Shown one piece after another: positions 1 through 11,040 of a DNA stretch of 64,000 nt (positions are counted from its first letter, which is position 1; the number at the start of each line of letters is the position of its first letter). The DNA is from Octopus vulgaris. Its lineage: Eukaryota. The DNA is taken from NCBI GenBank assembly GCA_951406725.2, contig OX597827.1, forward strand, positions 58,590,001-58,654,000. The letters are read 5' to 3'. The notes under the pieces were generated by a model, which was not told where the DNA came from, ran no database searches, and was given only the letters and a program-made list of their open reading frames with translations. Position numbers and translations under genes: made by a program.

Positions 1-344
1 CTGCAAAAGAGACCGATAGAATAAGTACTAGGCTTACAAAGAATAAGTCTTGGGGTCGATTTGCTTGACTAAAAGGCAGTACTCCAGCATGGCCACAGTC
101 AAATGACTGAAACGAGTAAAAGAGTATGGGGTGCCATGTAAAAGCATCAAGCACACTCTGTAAAGTGGTTGGCATTTAGAAGGACATCTAGCTGTAGAAA
201 CTGTCAAATCAGATTGGCATCTGGTGCAGCTTGCCAGCTCTGGTCACACTGTCTAGCCCATGCCAATATGAACAACGGGCATTAAATGATGATGAAAAAT
301 TGTTTTTCATTTCTGTTAGTTTATGACTAACTTATCACAAAATA

Positions 345-909
345 TTGGGTTGTTTGGAAAGTTTGTGCCGATTTTAAAGGAAAGAAAATGGTCAATAAAT
401 ACTTGCCATTACATTTTTAATCAACCAGATATGAACCATTTTGTTGCACAATGCGTCTCCATCTTTCCTTTAACTTGAAAATACCCTCTTCCCAGAATTG
501 AGGTGGTTTCATGGCAAAGAATTCATCAAGGTATATTTTTACGTCATCCATGGAATTGAAATTTTTACCATTAAGACTATTCTGCAGAGACCTGAATAAG
601 TGTAAATCTGAAGGAGCAATATCTGGTGAACATGGAGGGTGGGGTAACACATCCCAGCCGAGCTGCAGCAATTTTTATCTGGTTCCCAAAGCATCAAGTG
701 CCGAAAATGAACTTCCTTATCTTCTATTTTAAAGGGTTACAGAATTAGCACAGATTATAGGAACATAAGCCTTCTTCCACGAAAAGATAGCTTAAACTGT
801 GCTCTAAATGGAGGTGTAGTCAAATCCTATTTTATGGACTTAAACATGTTCTAAAATAAGTTGAAAGGTAAGCTACTATAAATCGGCACGAACTTTCCGG
901 ACAACCCAA
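345..909 (-). mobile_element. Internally deleted mariner transposon (mellifera-like)
   Basis: ~30-bp TIRs ttgggttgtttggaaagtttgtgccgattt / aaatcggcacgaactttccggacaacccaa, flanked by TA. Minus strand has N-terminal (I)EDKEVHFRHLML joined to C-terminal LGWDVLPHPPCSPDIAPSD...WRRIVQQNGSY (YSPDLAPSD motif). Confidence 0.93.
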
Positions 910-1158
910 TATATTGTTAAACTCTCTCTACTTTTAGAAGGTTTAGAGGTTCTCTGACTAAAGCAATATACATTTACAGGGGTCTTCTTTAAAATAAGAT
1001 TACTCTGCTAAATTAATAGCATTTTTTTCTCAAATGATTGATTTTTTTTTATTGATTATTGTTTGTTCTCCCCATTCAGTCACAAGTTAAATGCAATATG
1101 GTTTTACATTAATATAGTGACAATAAGTGGCCAACATATTTTTGTCTTCCTTTTATAG

Positions 1159-1301
1159 CAAGAAACATTGAGCCAACAACAGCTGAAGGTGAAGGTGACC
1201 GAAAAGAAACTGGAGACTGCCACCAAGGAATATGAGGACGAAAGCAAGAAATTGAAACAACAGCTGGATGAAGTCCGATCTCAGTTAGAGGAACAACAAA
1301 A
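1159..1301 (+). CDS. DCTN1: Dynactin subunit 1 (p150Glued) internal exon; gene begins upstream of the window
   Basis: ttttatag acceptor and gtaag donor. Translates QETLSQQQLKVKVTEKKLETATKEYEDESKKLKQQLDEVRSQLEEQQK, resembling vertebrate [30 protein letters not shown] (second coiled coil). Ends phase 2. Confidence 0.92.
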
Positions 1302-1563
1302 GTAAGATTTTTTTTTCATGCTAATATAATTGACATTATATTAAAATTTGAAAGGTAGCATGCTGGCAAAATCATTGGCATGCCAGACAAAATGCTTTGT
1401 AGCATTTCTTCCAGTTCTTACATTCTCAGTTCAAATAATACTGCTGCAGTCACTTTTGTTTTTTGTTTTTTTTTGTTTTTGGTGGGTGGTCAATACAATA
1501 AATACCAAAGGAGCACTGGGGTTGCTCTAAATTGTGCTAAAATTAGTAGGGCTTATTTCAAAA

Positions 1564-1807
1564 TTGTAGTAAAGATTGTTTGCCAACATAACATGGCAGT
1601 CCTGGTTTAGGACGAATGTTGCTGTAATTTTTTCCCAGGAGACATCGTCTCCAGCTGGCTACATGACACGATCTGTGTCCTTGTTTGAAAAGACACAGAT
1701 CATGTCATATAGCCAGCTGGAGACGGACTCCTGGGGCTAAATTACAGCAACATTCATCCTAAATCAGGTGTGCCATGTGTTATGTTGGCAAACAATCTTT
1801 ACTACAA
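1564..1807. repeat. Fold-back element with ~115-bp inverted arms in a DCTN1 intron
   Basis: ttgtagtaaagattgtttgccaacata...gatctgtgtc mirrors gacacagatc...tatgttggcaaacaatctttactacaa, with a ~12-nt loop. Confidence 0.88.
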
Positions 1808-2140
1808 AGTACTGTTGCTGAATATCTCACGGGAGATTTAAAAATAGTAATTTTCTATTTCAAAATTTCATGTTAGCAACATTAATCATTTAACCTTAGC
1901 TTTCAGATTTCCCAGTCAAGTGTAATGTTTATTTAATCGCATTGTTTGGAATTAATCATGCATTATCTTATAGCTTGAAAATTCTCAAGGATATGACTGT
2001 TTATTTCTAGAAAGACAAGTAAAAGAATAAAAGAAAAATATTCAGTATCAATAAGGCACACTTGTTTACCCTGCTTTCTTCCAGGAAAGGAGTTAGTCAT
2101 CATGTTTATTGAATGTGTTATGTATTTTCAATCTTTGCAG

Positions 2141-2289
2141 GCAGTTTGAGAAGAATGTCAGGATGATGCAGGAGGACATTGATCACCTGCAAGAGGACCG
2201 GACTGAGCTAGAAAAGAAATTCAAATCTGCCACCCGTAAGCACTTGATGGAGGGACTCTCTCGCAACAACTCTGCGGGCCCACCACCTG
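2141..2289 (+). CDS. DCTN1: Dynactin subunit 1 exon
   Basis: ctttgcag/gtaag. QFEKNVRMMQEDIDHLQEDRTELEKKFKSATRKHLMEGLSRNNSAGPPP vs vertebrate [27 protein letters not shown]...EGLRGPPP. Phase 2 to 1, consistent with neighbours. Confidence 0.94.
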
Positions 2290-3476
2290 GTAAGATGTTT
2301 TGTACTGCACTATGGTCCTTAGATTAACCCTTTTGGTATTAATCTGCTTGAGACTGCCCCTGCTTTTGTGATACGAATGGTATCGTTTGAAACCTTAATC
2401 AAAATTTTATGTTAGTTTATGTTCTAAACACTGGCTTAATAATGAAGTTACTCTGAGAAATAATTCATTATTTTCAAAGTTAATTGATGCCATTTGAATC
2501 TCTGGTTAGCTCTTACAGTTTCAAAGTCCTTTCAGTTTGTATCACCAGGGCCCATCAATTGGCCTGGGTGTCTCAAGAGGTTTAGGAATGCCACTTTGTT
2601 ATAATTGTATGTTGTTACTTTTTCCAAGTGTTTTAGAATTCTCTCAGTGGGAAACCTTTATTAAAATTTCCTGTTAATGTTCCAAATGTTGGCTTAATAA
2701 TGAAGAAGTTATTCTGAGAAATGCTTCATTATTTCCAAAGTTAAGTGATACTGAGATAGTATTTTACCAGAAATATGGTGAAAAAAGGCTCAAGTGCATC
2801 TCATTCTTGAGCCAAACACTTCTCTGAAGTCGGAGCATTGAATACAGCCAGATATTGGATGACATTTTTTTCTATTTGATATAATATTTTAAAACAGTTG
2901 CAACTTCATAGTAAGAGAAGGTTGATATACCAAATGTTCTGCTCAACACCACAAATATGTTTGTCAATTGCTTGACCTCAACCACTTGATTATGTCCTTT
3001 AATGGCTGACAATATGTGCATCTCTGATTATGAGCAGGAGTAGTTGGGGAGCATCATAGCCCATGTATTGTGAGGGATTCTTTGGGGGCTTGAATAAATG
3101 TAATAAAAACAAAAGTTTGAAGGAAATAGTAGCCATTTTCCACACTTTGTAGTGGGTAATAGGAAATGATAACTAAGTTATTTTACTAAATTCTTTGTTA
3201 TATTTAAAATAATTGAAAGAAACACAGAACATCTCAAAATAAATACAGTAACAAAAGGGTTAAATTCTGAGTTCAAATCCTGCCTGGGTTGGTTTTGTTA
3301 CATTTTTGTCCTTCTGGGTGTGATTAAAATTAGTATCAGTCAGTTTAATAACCTCTTCTGCTCCCTCTTACCTGTGTTAGAAATAATAATTAGGACAAAA
3401 ATCATGTTACACAATGTTATTGAATTACCTAATGTAATATTTTCTTCTCTTTCATTAATCTCTGGTGCATTAACAG

Positions 3477-3541
3477 CAAGTCCTACAGTAACCTGCACAT
3501 CATCTACCAATGTTCAAGAATCACCAATGCTGAAACAACAG
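3477..3541 (+). CDS. DCTN1: Dynactin subunit 1 exon
   Basis: taacag/gtaaaa. ASPTVTCTSSTNVQESPMLKQQ vs VKDSPLLLQQ. Phase 1 to 0. Confidence 0.88.
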
Positions 3542-3811
3542 GTAAAAGACCGTTTCAAAATTTTTCTTAAAATCCTATTTTGTGTGTGTGAGTGAGTGAG
3601 TGAGTTTGTTTTGTTTCATTTTGTTGCATTGCATTTCCTTTCCTTTCCTTTCCTGTGTTCACTGATTGTAAACAAAATGCCTCACTGTTCGTATAGACCA
3701 GTGGTTCTTAATCATTTTTTTATCTATGGACTCCTTTGATTCCGTGTTTACTCTACTGGAATACCATAACCATTCAATGCATATAAATAAAAACCATCAT
3801 TATCATAATAT

Positions 3812-4180
3812 CATAATCATCGTTTAACGTCCGCTTTCCATGCTAGCATGGGTTGGACGATTTTGACTGAGGGCTGGCGAACCAGATGGCTGCACCAAGC
3901 TCCAATCTTGATCTGACAGTTTCTACAGCTGGATGCCCTTCCTAAAGCCAACCACTCCGAGAGTGTAGTGGGTGCTTTTTACATGCCACCGGCACAGGGC
4001 CAGTCAGGCGGTACTCGCAATGACCTCGCTCAAATCTTTTTACACGTGCCACCGGCACAGGTGCCAGTGAAGCGACGTTAGTAACAATCACGCTCAAATG
4101 GTGCCCTTTTACGTGCTACGGGTATGGAAGCTAGTTGGCTGCTCTGGCAACGATCACACTTGGATGGTGCTCTTGGCCTA
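3812..4180 (-). mobile_element. SINE-like repeat, family with (GAT)n tail
   Basis: catcgtttaacgtccgctttccatgctagcatgggttggacg...ggatgcccttcctaa. Related copies near 130, 4275, 4930, 13915, 14067, 14660, 24742, 29452. Confidence 0.85.
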
Positions 4181-4274
4181 TTATATTTTTATAATTAAAT
4201 ACTATTAGGAATTGTATAAAAAACATTTAGATATTATGTGTATTTTAGAAGTATAAACAATTTATTGAACATAA

Positions 4275-4680
4275 ATCATCATCATCATTTAGTATCTGCT
4301 TTCTATGCTGGCATGGGTTAGACGGTTTAACTAGAACTGGTAAACTGGAGAGCTGCACTAAGTTCCATTCTAATTTGGCATGGTTTCTACAGCTGGATGC
4401 CCTTCCTAATACCAACCACTCTAAGAGTGTAATGGGTGCCTTTTACATGCTACCAGTACTGGTTCTTTTATGTGCCACCGGCGCAGGTACCAGTTATGTG
4501 ATACCGGCATTGGCCACAACTGCAATTTCACTTGGCCTTGGCTTGATGAGTTTTCTCAAGCACAGTATATTGCCAAAGGTCTCAGTCACTTATCATTGCC
4601 TCCATGAGGTCCACCGTTTGAAGATTGTGCTTCACCACCTTGTTCCCATGTCTTCCTGAGTCTACTTTTTCCACAGGTTC
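4275..4680 (-). mobile_element. SINE-like repeat, (GAT)n-tail family
   Basis: Same motifs as 3812 copy; inverted relative to 4930-5357. Confidence 0.8.
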
Positions 4681-4929
4681 TATCTACAGTTTGAGATCAG
4701 CAACAAAATCGTATATGAATCCCCATGGGTCATATGTACCCCAGTTGAGAGTCACTAATATAAACAGTGTCATTTGCTTGTAGTCCACCACAAAAGCACA
4801 TCTAGGTTTCTTGACATGTCTTGATGTTGCCCAATGTTTATAAGCAGAAAGACTCATACAAATGTTGTTTGTTTCTAGCTTTCCTTGTGACTTATGTCTG
4901 GCCTTTTATGTTGTTCAGTAGCAATATGC

Positions 4930-5357
4930 TGCACTTGAGAAGACCTGTCAAGCCAAGTGAAATTGTAGTCGTGGCTGAATCTGGTGTCACATAACTGACA
5001 CCTGCGCCAGTGGCACATAAAAAACACCCTTTTGCACATTGGGCTTCATGGAGGCAAAGTGGCATGGTGGCATGTGAAAAGCTCCATGGAGGCAATGATG
5101 AATGACTGAGACCTTTGGTATTATGTCGTGCTTGAGAAGATCCATCAAGCCAAGTAAAATTGTAGCTGTGACAGATACTGTGCCAATGGCATGTAAAAGC
5201 ACCCGTTACACTATCGGAGTGGTTGGCATTAGGAAGGGCATCCAGCCATAGAAACAATGCCAAATCAGACTGGAGTCTGGTGCAGCCTTCCAGCTTGCCA
5301 TCCCTGGTCAAACCATCCAACCCATGCCAGCATGGACAACGGATGTTAAATGATGAT
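4930..5357 (+). mobile_element. SINE-like repeat, (GAT)n-tail family
   Basis: ggttggcattaggaagggcatccagc...cccatgccagcatgg...aaatgatgat. Confidence 0.82.
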
Positions 5358-5688
5358 AGACCGGAGTATTATAACTTTACTTGGAAGCAGGTATGTGTTG
5401 GTGCCAGGAAGGGCATCCACACATAGAAAATCTCTCTCCCAACATATTCTCATCTGACCCATGCAAACATGGAAAAATAGATAAGATGATGATAACAAAA
5501 GCTTTGATCTACTTGAAGAACTAAAAACATTTGCCCAAAGGTTTTCATAATGGAAATGAACTAGGTACTGTGTATTTGTGAATTAAACTCCTCAATCCAG
5601 GCTGTGCTTATATGATTCTGATTCAAGGGTATTTCTTCTTTGCTTTTGACCTCTTGCAAGTTTTTTTTCTCTTTTGCTTGTTTTGCAG

Positions 5689-5760
5689 ATTTCTTCAATG
5701 AAAGAAGCATTAAATCATGTGATTCAAGAAAACATCCGTTTAAAGGGTCAGAGACTAAGA
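5689..5760 (+). CDS. DCTN1: Dynactin subunit 1 exon
   Basis: ttttgcag/gtaagt. ISSMKEALNHVIQENIRLKGQRLR vs [24 protein letters not shown]. Confidence 0.93.
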
Positions 5761-6171
5761 GTAAGTTGTTCTTCATCATTGAAATAATTATCGTTCTCCA
5801 TCTCTTTCTCTCTTTCTCCTCCTTCCCCTTTGCTTTCACTCTATCACTTTCTCTTTCTGCAGTTGCCTCGCTTTCTTAAGCGAGGTATTTCACTCATTCC
5901 TATTTGACTAACACAAAAAAAAAAGTCGCTCCATTCCTTTTCATAATAAAGATGATACCATTTACTAGAAAACTGGTTAAATTCTTCTGAATGATGGTTA
6001 ACTAAAATGTTTGAATTTGGTACAAAAATATCCAATAGACATTTTTGAAAAATTGACTGTTTTGTCCAAATCTAAATCCAAATTTATCAAATAATAAAAG
6101 AAAAATTATGTGTCTATGAAAGTGACTTCTTCTAAATGTTGTTACTAAATCTGTTTTGGTTTCTGTACCAG

Positions 6172-6327
6172 GATCAAATGAGTCAACTACCATCCCTTTA
6201 TGTGCCTAAAAAACCTACAGGTCTTGCCAATAAGACAGGTCTAGTCAAGATTGGGGAACTTCCTGACAATATTCCTGGCAAGACAGAACTGAACGATCTG
6301 ACAAAGAGAGTTACTCAGCTGTTGAAG
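6172..6327 (+). CDS. DCTN1: Dynactin subunit 1 exon
   Basis: gtaccag/gtctgt. DQMSQLPSLYVPKKPTG...ELNDLTKRVTQLLK vs ASLASLPPLHVAK...LYRKTSQLLE. 156 nt, phase 0/0. Confidence 0.9.
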
Positions 6328-6472
6328 GTCTGTCCAAAATTGTTTTCCTTATATCTTTTTTTTGCTAGAGATCTTGTACGATTTTGATGTTTTACTTCAT
6401 ATATTAAACAGTTTCTTCATTATTTACAATATTTACATTTGACAGATATTTGTCCTCATCTTGTTTGTTGTT

Positions 6473-6518
6473 AACACAACGTTTCGGCTGATATACCCTC
6501 CAGCCTTCATCAGGTGTC
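6473..6518 (-). ncRNA. Minimal type I hammerhead ribozyme motif (Penelope-like)
   Basis: Minus strand ACAC-CTGATGA-A-GGCTG(gagggtatat)CAGCC-GAAAC-GTT-GTGT: stem I ACAC/GTGT, stem II GGCTG/CAGCC, palindromic loopless stem III, GUU cleavage triplet. Confidence 0.82.
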
Positions 6519-6523
6519 TTGGG

Positions 6524-6794
6524 GAAATTTCGAACCTGGGTTCTCATTCCTAAGATATTTTTCAATGTTAATTTATTATTACTTCCTGGAATCGAACTTG
6601 GAATCTTGGGGTTAGTAGCCTGTGCTCCTAACCACTACGCCATATGCCTGAGAGCAATTATGGACATATGGCATTGTGGTTAAGAGTGCGGGCTACTAAC
6701 CCAAAGATTCTGAGTTCGATTCCAGGCAGTGACCTCAATAATAATAATATCATCGAAAAATAACTTAGGAATGAGAACCCAGGTTCGAAATTTC
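6524..6794. mobile_element. Head-to-head inverted pair of tRNA-derived heads with shared tail
   Basis: tRNA-like tggc.t.gtggttaagagtgcgggctactaaccc...gagttcgattcc at 6662-6734 (+) and 6581-6649 (-). Outer arms gaaatttcgaacctgggttctcattcctaag / cttaggaatgagaacccaggttcgaaatttc are exact reverse complements. Confidence 0.85.
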
Positions 6795-7155
6795 TATTGC
6801 CCCAAGCTGACCAAGTGGATTTTGATAGATGGAAACTGAAAGAAGCCTATGTATGTGTGTGTGTGTGTGTGTGTGTGAGTTGTCATTGACATGCAAGTGG
6901 TGTCGTTCATTTACAATCTTCTGTAAAAACATGTCTGGCCTTGGGGAAAGAACAAAATTTGTGTTTGATCACCATTTATTAACTAAGGCAAAGTCAATGA
7001 ATTTATACATGCAAGCATGGGAAGGTGAACATTTAAAAAAATAAATAAAAATAAATTGATCTACATATTTGTATCTGATGGGGAAACTAGAATATTTGGA
7101 GTTTGGCTTTTACTTTTATTTCTTTATTTATTTGTTATTCATTTTTTTTTTCCAG

Positions 7156-7213
7156 GAAGCTAATCAACTGAGTGCTTGCCCTGTAGTCATCGACATCAGT
7201 AGCAGAAAGCCTG
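7156..7213 (+). CDS. DCTN1: Dynactin subunit 1 exon
   Basis: tttccag/gtaagt. EANQLSACPVVIDISSRKP vs TLNQLSTHTHVVDITRTSP. Confidence 0.92.
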
Positions 7214-8104
7214 GTAAGTCTTTTGCTAAACTTCTGACTATTTTGAACGACTACACATGCCATGGAAACTGTTTTGCTCTTGTTTAGTCAGGATTGCCCA
7301 TAGTTAAAACCACCCTATCAAAATTGCTATTAGTGTTTGAGACCTCATACTCTCTGATCTCTTATCATAATTTTATATATATATAAAAAAAGAGATGTTG
7401 TCAAAATTAGAATGTTTATATAAGTATGTGTATAGCGAAGCATATGTATTTGTAAGCATGCGTATCTGTGTATGTGTAAGTGAAAGTATGCTTGTGCTTA
7501 AGCACACATATACACGACGGTATGTATATGTATCCATTCAAACTTGTGTATGTATACTGGTCTCTATAGATGCCAATAACATCGTTACAAGTTTTTTCCC
7601 CACCCCTCCTTCGTTCCTTTTTCTCTCTTTCCCTTTCTTTCATTCCCCCTCCTTGCTCAGTATATGAGAATTGCTACATAGATGAATTTTAGCTTGCGTG
7701 CGAGACGGTTTGCGTGAATATATGTACACATGCTTTTATGTGTATATTTAGATTCATATTCATACGTCTGTATATGTATGTATGGCGTTTACGCGCATCC
7801 TTTTGTGTATGTTGATATATATATGTAGATTTTAATATAAATATGTATTGCAGTATTTATAACAGGTTTAATTTCTATGCATTAATTTGCACTGTCTTCA
7901 TTAACGTCAATAGGTTTTTTCCTCGGATTTTATAATTTTTATAAGTTTTTTTATATATATATACATATATTTTTGACCTTTTTGTTTATCGCTCGAAGAT
8001 TGACCGTTTTTTCTAAAGGGCCAATCAAACAAGTCCATTTCTTTTTAAAGGTGTAGCGTTTGTAAGAGTATAGATTGAATTGATATATCAGTTCCATTCT
8101 AGCA

Positions 8105-8151
8105 AAAACTGTCTGATGAACGGCAACGAGAAACTCAGAGTAACAGATTTT
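8105..8151 (+). ncRNA. Minimal hammerhead ribozyme motif at the end of a probable Penelope-like remnant
   Basis: CTGT-CTGATGA-aCG(gcaa)CGa-GAAAC-TC-a-GA-GTA-ACAG: stem I CTGT/ACAG, stem III ACTC/GAGT, GUA triplet. AATAAA ~25 nt downstream. Stem II is weak (A-A at its base). Confidence 0.68.
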
Positions 8152-8606
8152 GTTGAATTTTCTGCTGCTTAAAATAAAGTATATATATAATGCAATAAAG
8201 AACTATGTTACCACATATTAACCTCAGGAAAATGTCTTTTCCAGCTGGTTAATGACACATGATATGTGTCCGATATATTGTGATCAAGGGATTGAATCAC
8301 TCCCCTCCAGCTTGACAAGACCAGTAGAACATGGTTTCTGAGTCTTTACCCTTCATCAGTACAGGACACTTGCTTGCTAGAGATGGCAGTCAATCATCCC
8401 TACTCATAATATATAAACAGAGAAGTGGCAAACAGCTGCTAATCTCATAACGAGCAAAATAACTAAAATCTAAAATCTCTAAACAAGATATAAGTAGTAA
8501 CAATACTAGATGGTAATGTATTTAGCCACGATAACATGGTTGTTCTATAAAGAACTTTGTTACTACATTTTAACTATATTTAACTATGAAATATATAAAT
8601 ACACAG

Positions 8607-8850
8607 AGGCGTAGGAGTGGCTGTGTGGTAAGTTGCTTGCTTACGAGCCACATGGTTCCAGGGTCAGTCCCACAGCATGGCACCTTGGGTAAGTGTCTTC
8701 TACTATAGCCTCGGGGCCGACCAAAGCTTTGTGAATGGATTTGGTAGACGGAAACTGAAAAGAAGCCTGTCGTATATATATGTATATATATATATGTATG
8801 TGTGTATATGTTTGTGTGTTTGTTCCCCCAACATCGCTTGACAACCGATT
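8607..8850 (+). mobile_element. tRNA-derived SINE family A, 3'-truncated
   Basis: ggcgtaggagtggctgtgtggtaag...ggatttggtagacggaaactgaaa with internal (TA)/(TG) tract. Confidence 0.85.
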
Positions 8851-8903
8851 TTGTTAGTATACCGTGTTGTACATGCACTCAATGTTATTTTCATTTTGAA
8901 CAG

Positions 8904-8995
8904 GTTCCAAGCCAGTGACTCAAACAGCTAGTCCTAATATGCAATTAATACGACAATCTTCAAAACTTGTCCAGCTTGAAAAGGGAACTCAAGAA
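8904..8995 (+). CDS. DCTN1: Dynactin subunit 1 exon
   Basis: tgaacag/gtaagt. GSKPVTQTASPNMQLIRQSSKLVQLEKGTQE vs AKSPSAQLMEQVAQLKSL. Phase 1 to 0. Confidence 0.9.
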
Positions 8996-9669
8996 GTAAG
9001 TTGATTTTTTTTTTTTTTTTTTTTTTACCTTTTCAGTGCAGCTTGAAACCTCCCACTCACTGCTTTAGGTTCTCCTTCATCCTCCCTTTCTTCTTAGATT
9101 TTATTTATTTGAATTTTTTTTCTCATCCATCTGTTTTCCCATACTGGCAAATTTTCTTGTTCTTTTTTCCAAATTTGGAAAAATAGAACTGTTGGCTTTA
9201 ACATGCAATGAACTCATAATTGGTTTACTGCAGCTGGCAGACTAATACACTTTGTCCAGTGATACAGTACAAAGCTATTGTAAAGTTGTAATCTTATATC
9301 GATCCTTGACCTTGTCGCCTGTAATCTAATATCTTAGACTTGCAACCATTGTTGAGATTTATTGAAATGTATAGTTTATTGGTTTTGAGGTGGAAATAGA
9401 TTACATAATGTTTCCACCAACCTGAGGTCCTGCAAAAGTCACAGGCATTTCCCTTCTTCCCAGATTACAAAAAAAAAATGGAAAAAATGATTTTATGCTC
9501 ATTTTTCCGTGCTTATATGGATTGAAAAGAAGTGTCCTTCCTTGCGTTTCAACTTGGTGAAATGAATTTCATACAGTTGAGGTTTAAGCTCTGGATACTC
9601 TTAGATATAGAGATATGCTGTAGAGGCTTATGTTAGGAGAATGTGTATTTTTAAATATATTACCAGAGT

Positions 9670-10040
9670 GAAGGTGCATGGCTCAGTGGTTAGTGCTTTG
9701 AGCTTGCGCTCGTAAGGTTGTGAGTTCAATTCCCAGACTGAGCTGCATGTTGTGTTCTTGAGCAAGACACTTTATTTCACATTGCTCCAGTTCACTCAGC
9801 TGTAGAAATGAGTTGCGACATCACTGGTGCTAAGCTGTATCATCTTTTGCCTTCCCCTTGGATAACATGGGTGACATGGAGAGCGGAAGCTGGTATGCAT
9901 GGGCGACTGCTGGTCTTCCATAAAAACAACCCTAGGTTGTGCATTCGCCGGTGAGGCGACTTTCCACCTAGACTTGTACCCCGGAGGGGGATCTCTTAGG
10001 TGTACCTGTAGACATTTGTGACCAATGTAGTCGAGTGAGT
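9670..10040 (+). mobile_element. tRNA-derived SINE family C, CpG-decayed
   Basis: A box tggctcagtgg, B box gagttcaattcc, core ttgagcaagacactttatttcac. Similar to 27550 and 41103 copies. Confidence 0.85.
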
Positions 10041-10499
10041 TCACCCAGAGACAAGATATTCTGAAGAAGGAAGGTATGGAAGCTGAAAGAACCCTCTACC
10101 AGATGTAGGTATTTTAAAAAATACAAAAAAAGGACAACTAGAAGTTTCTATAAGACAACCTGCTGTGAACTCAAACCAGATCTGTGAATGGATCAGGGCC
10201 AACCAGATAAATGGTGAAATATGGTGGTGAAATATGTTGTTAGAACTACAAACGCTAAGAGACAGGCCTAAAAAACAGATTGACTTCAAATTTTAACACG
10301 AGGCCAGCAATTTTGGGAGAGTGGGATTAAGCCGATTACATCAATATCAGTGCTCAGCTGGTACTTATTTTATCAACCTGCAAAAGGATGAAAGGTGAAG
10401 TCAGCCTCAGTGAATTTGATCTCAGAACATTAAGCTGGATGAAATGTCATTAAGCATTTTACTCAGTGTGCTAACAAGCCTGCCATCTCACCACTGAAA

Positions 10500-11040
10500 A
10501 CGAACAGGGGTAATAGAGAAGTGGGTTATCTCAGATTGCAAAGCCATGTCAATTAGTCATAATATCAGTGGTGAAAAGTATGCACATTAGGATAGCTGGC
10601 TGTGCATTTATTCTAATGCTGTAAAAAAAAAAAAATTTAACAGCAGTGGTGCCCCAGCATAGCCGCGACCTTTGGGCTAAAACATTTTTAAGGATTTAAG
10701 GATTTATAGAAATGCTTCTACAAGAGGTTGCTGAATGAGAAGAATGCATGGCAAGGAGAGAGAGAGAGAAATACCATGAGTAGAGGTGCCAGTTATTAAA
10801 ATTGACAGTTGTGTAATGGAAATGGTTATTAAAATTATGAAGGCAAAGAAAGCTGCTGAAGCAACTGGAATAGCCACCGAGAGGGTGAAAATACCCAGCT
10901 AAGTATAACGTGCTAGTCATTTGTATTGCCAATGTAGCACAAGAAGAGGTCATTCCTAGTGACTGGCATAGTATTGTTATCAACTTCTACAAAATGGCAA
11001 AGGGGATACTCCAGAAATAAGGGCAGCATTATAGCCCATT
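10500..11040 (+). mobile_element. Decayed RTE-clade LINE fragment
   Basis: Frameshifted VIPSDWHSIVINFYK..KGD, resembling the IPxDWxxSxIVxxYKGKGD motif upstream of RTE reverse transcriptase. Confidence 0.6.

Larger units (their letters stand above)
3699..4757. mobile_element. hAT-type MITE with nested SINE insertions
   Basis: Starts cagtggttcttaa and ends ttgagagtcacta. Internal parts resemble the reversed element at 54041-54690. Two (CAT)n-flanked SINEs lie inside it. Confidence 0.55.

Noticed and set aside
6662-6734. Functional tRNA-Ser(ACT) gene
   Set aside because: Poor acceptor stem, unusual anticodon, no T-run terminator; it is part of an inverted repeat element.
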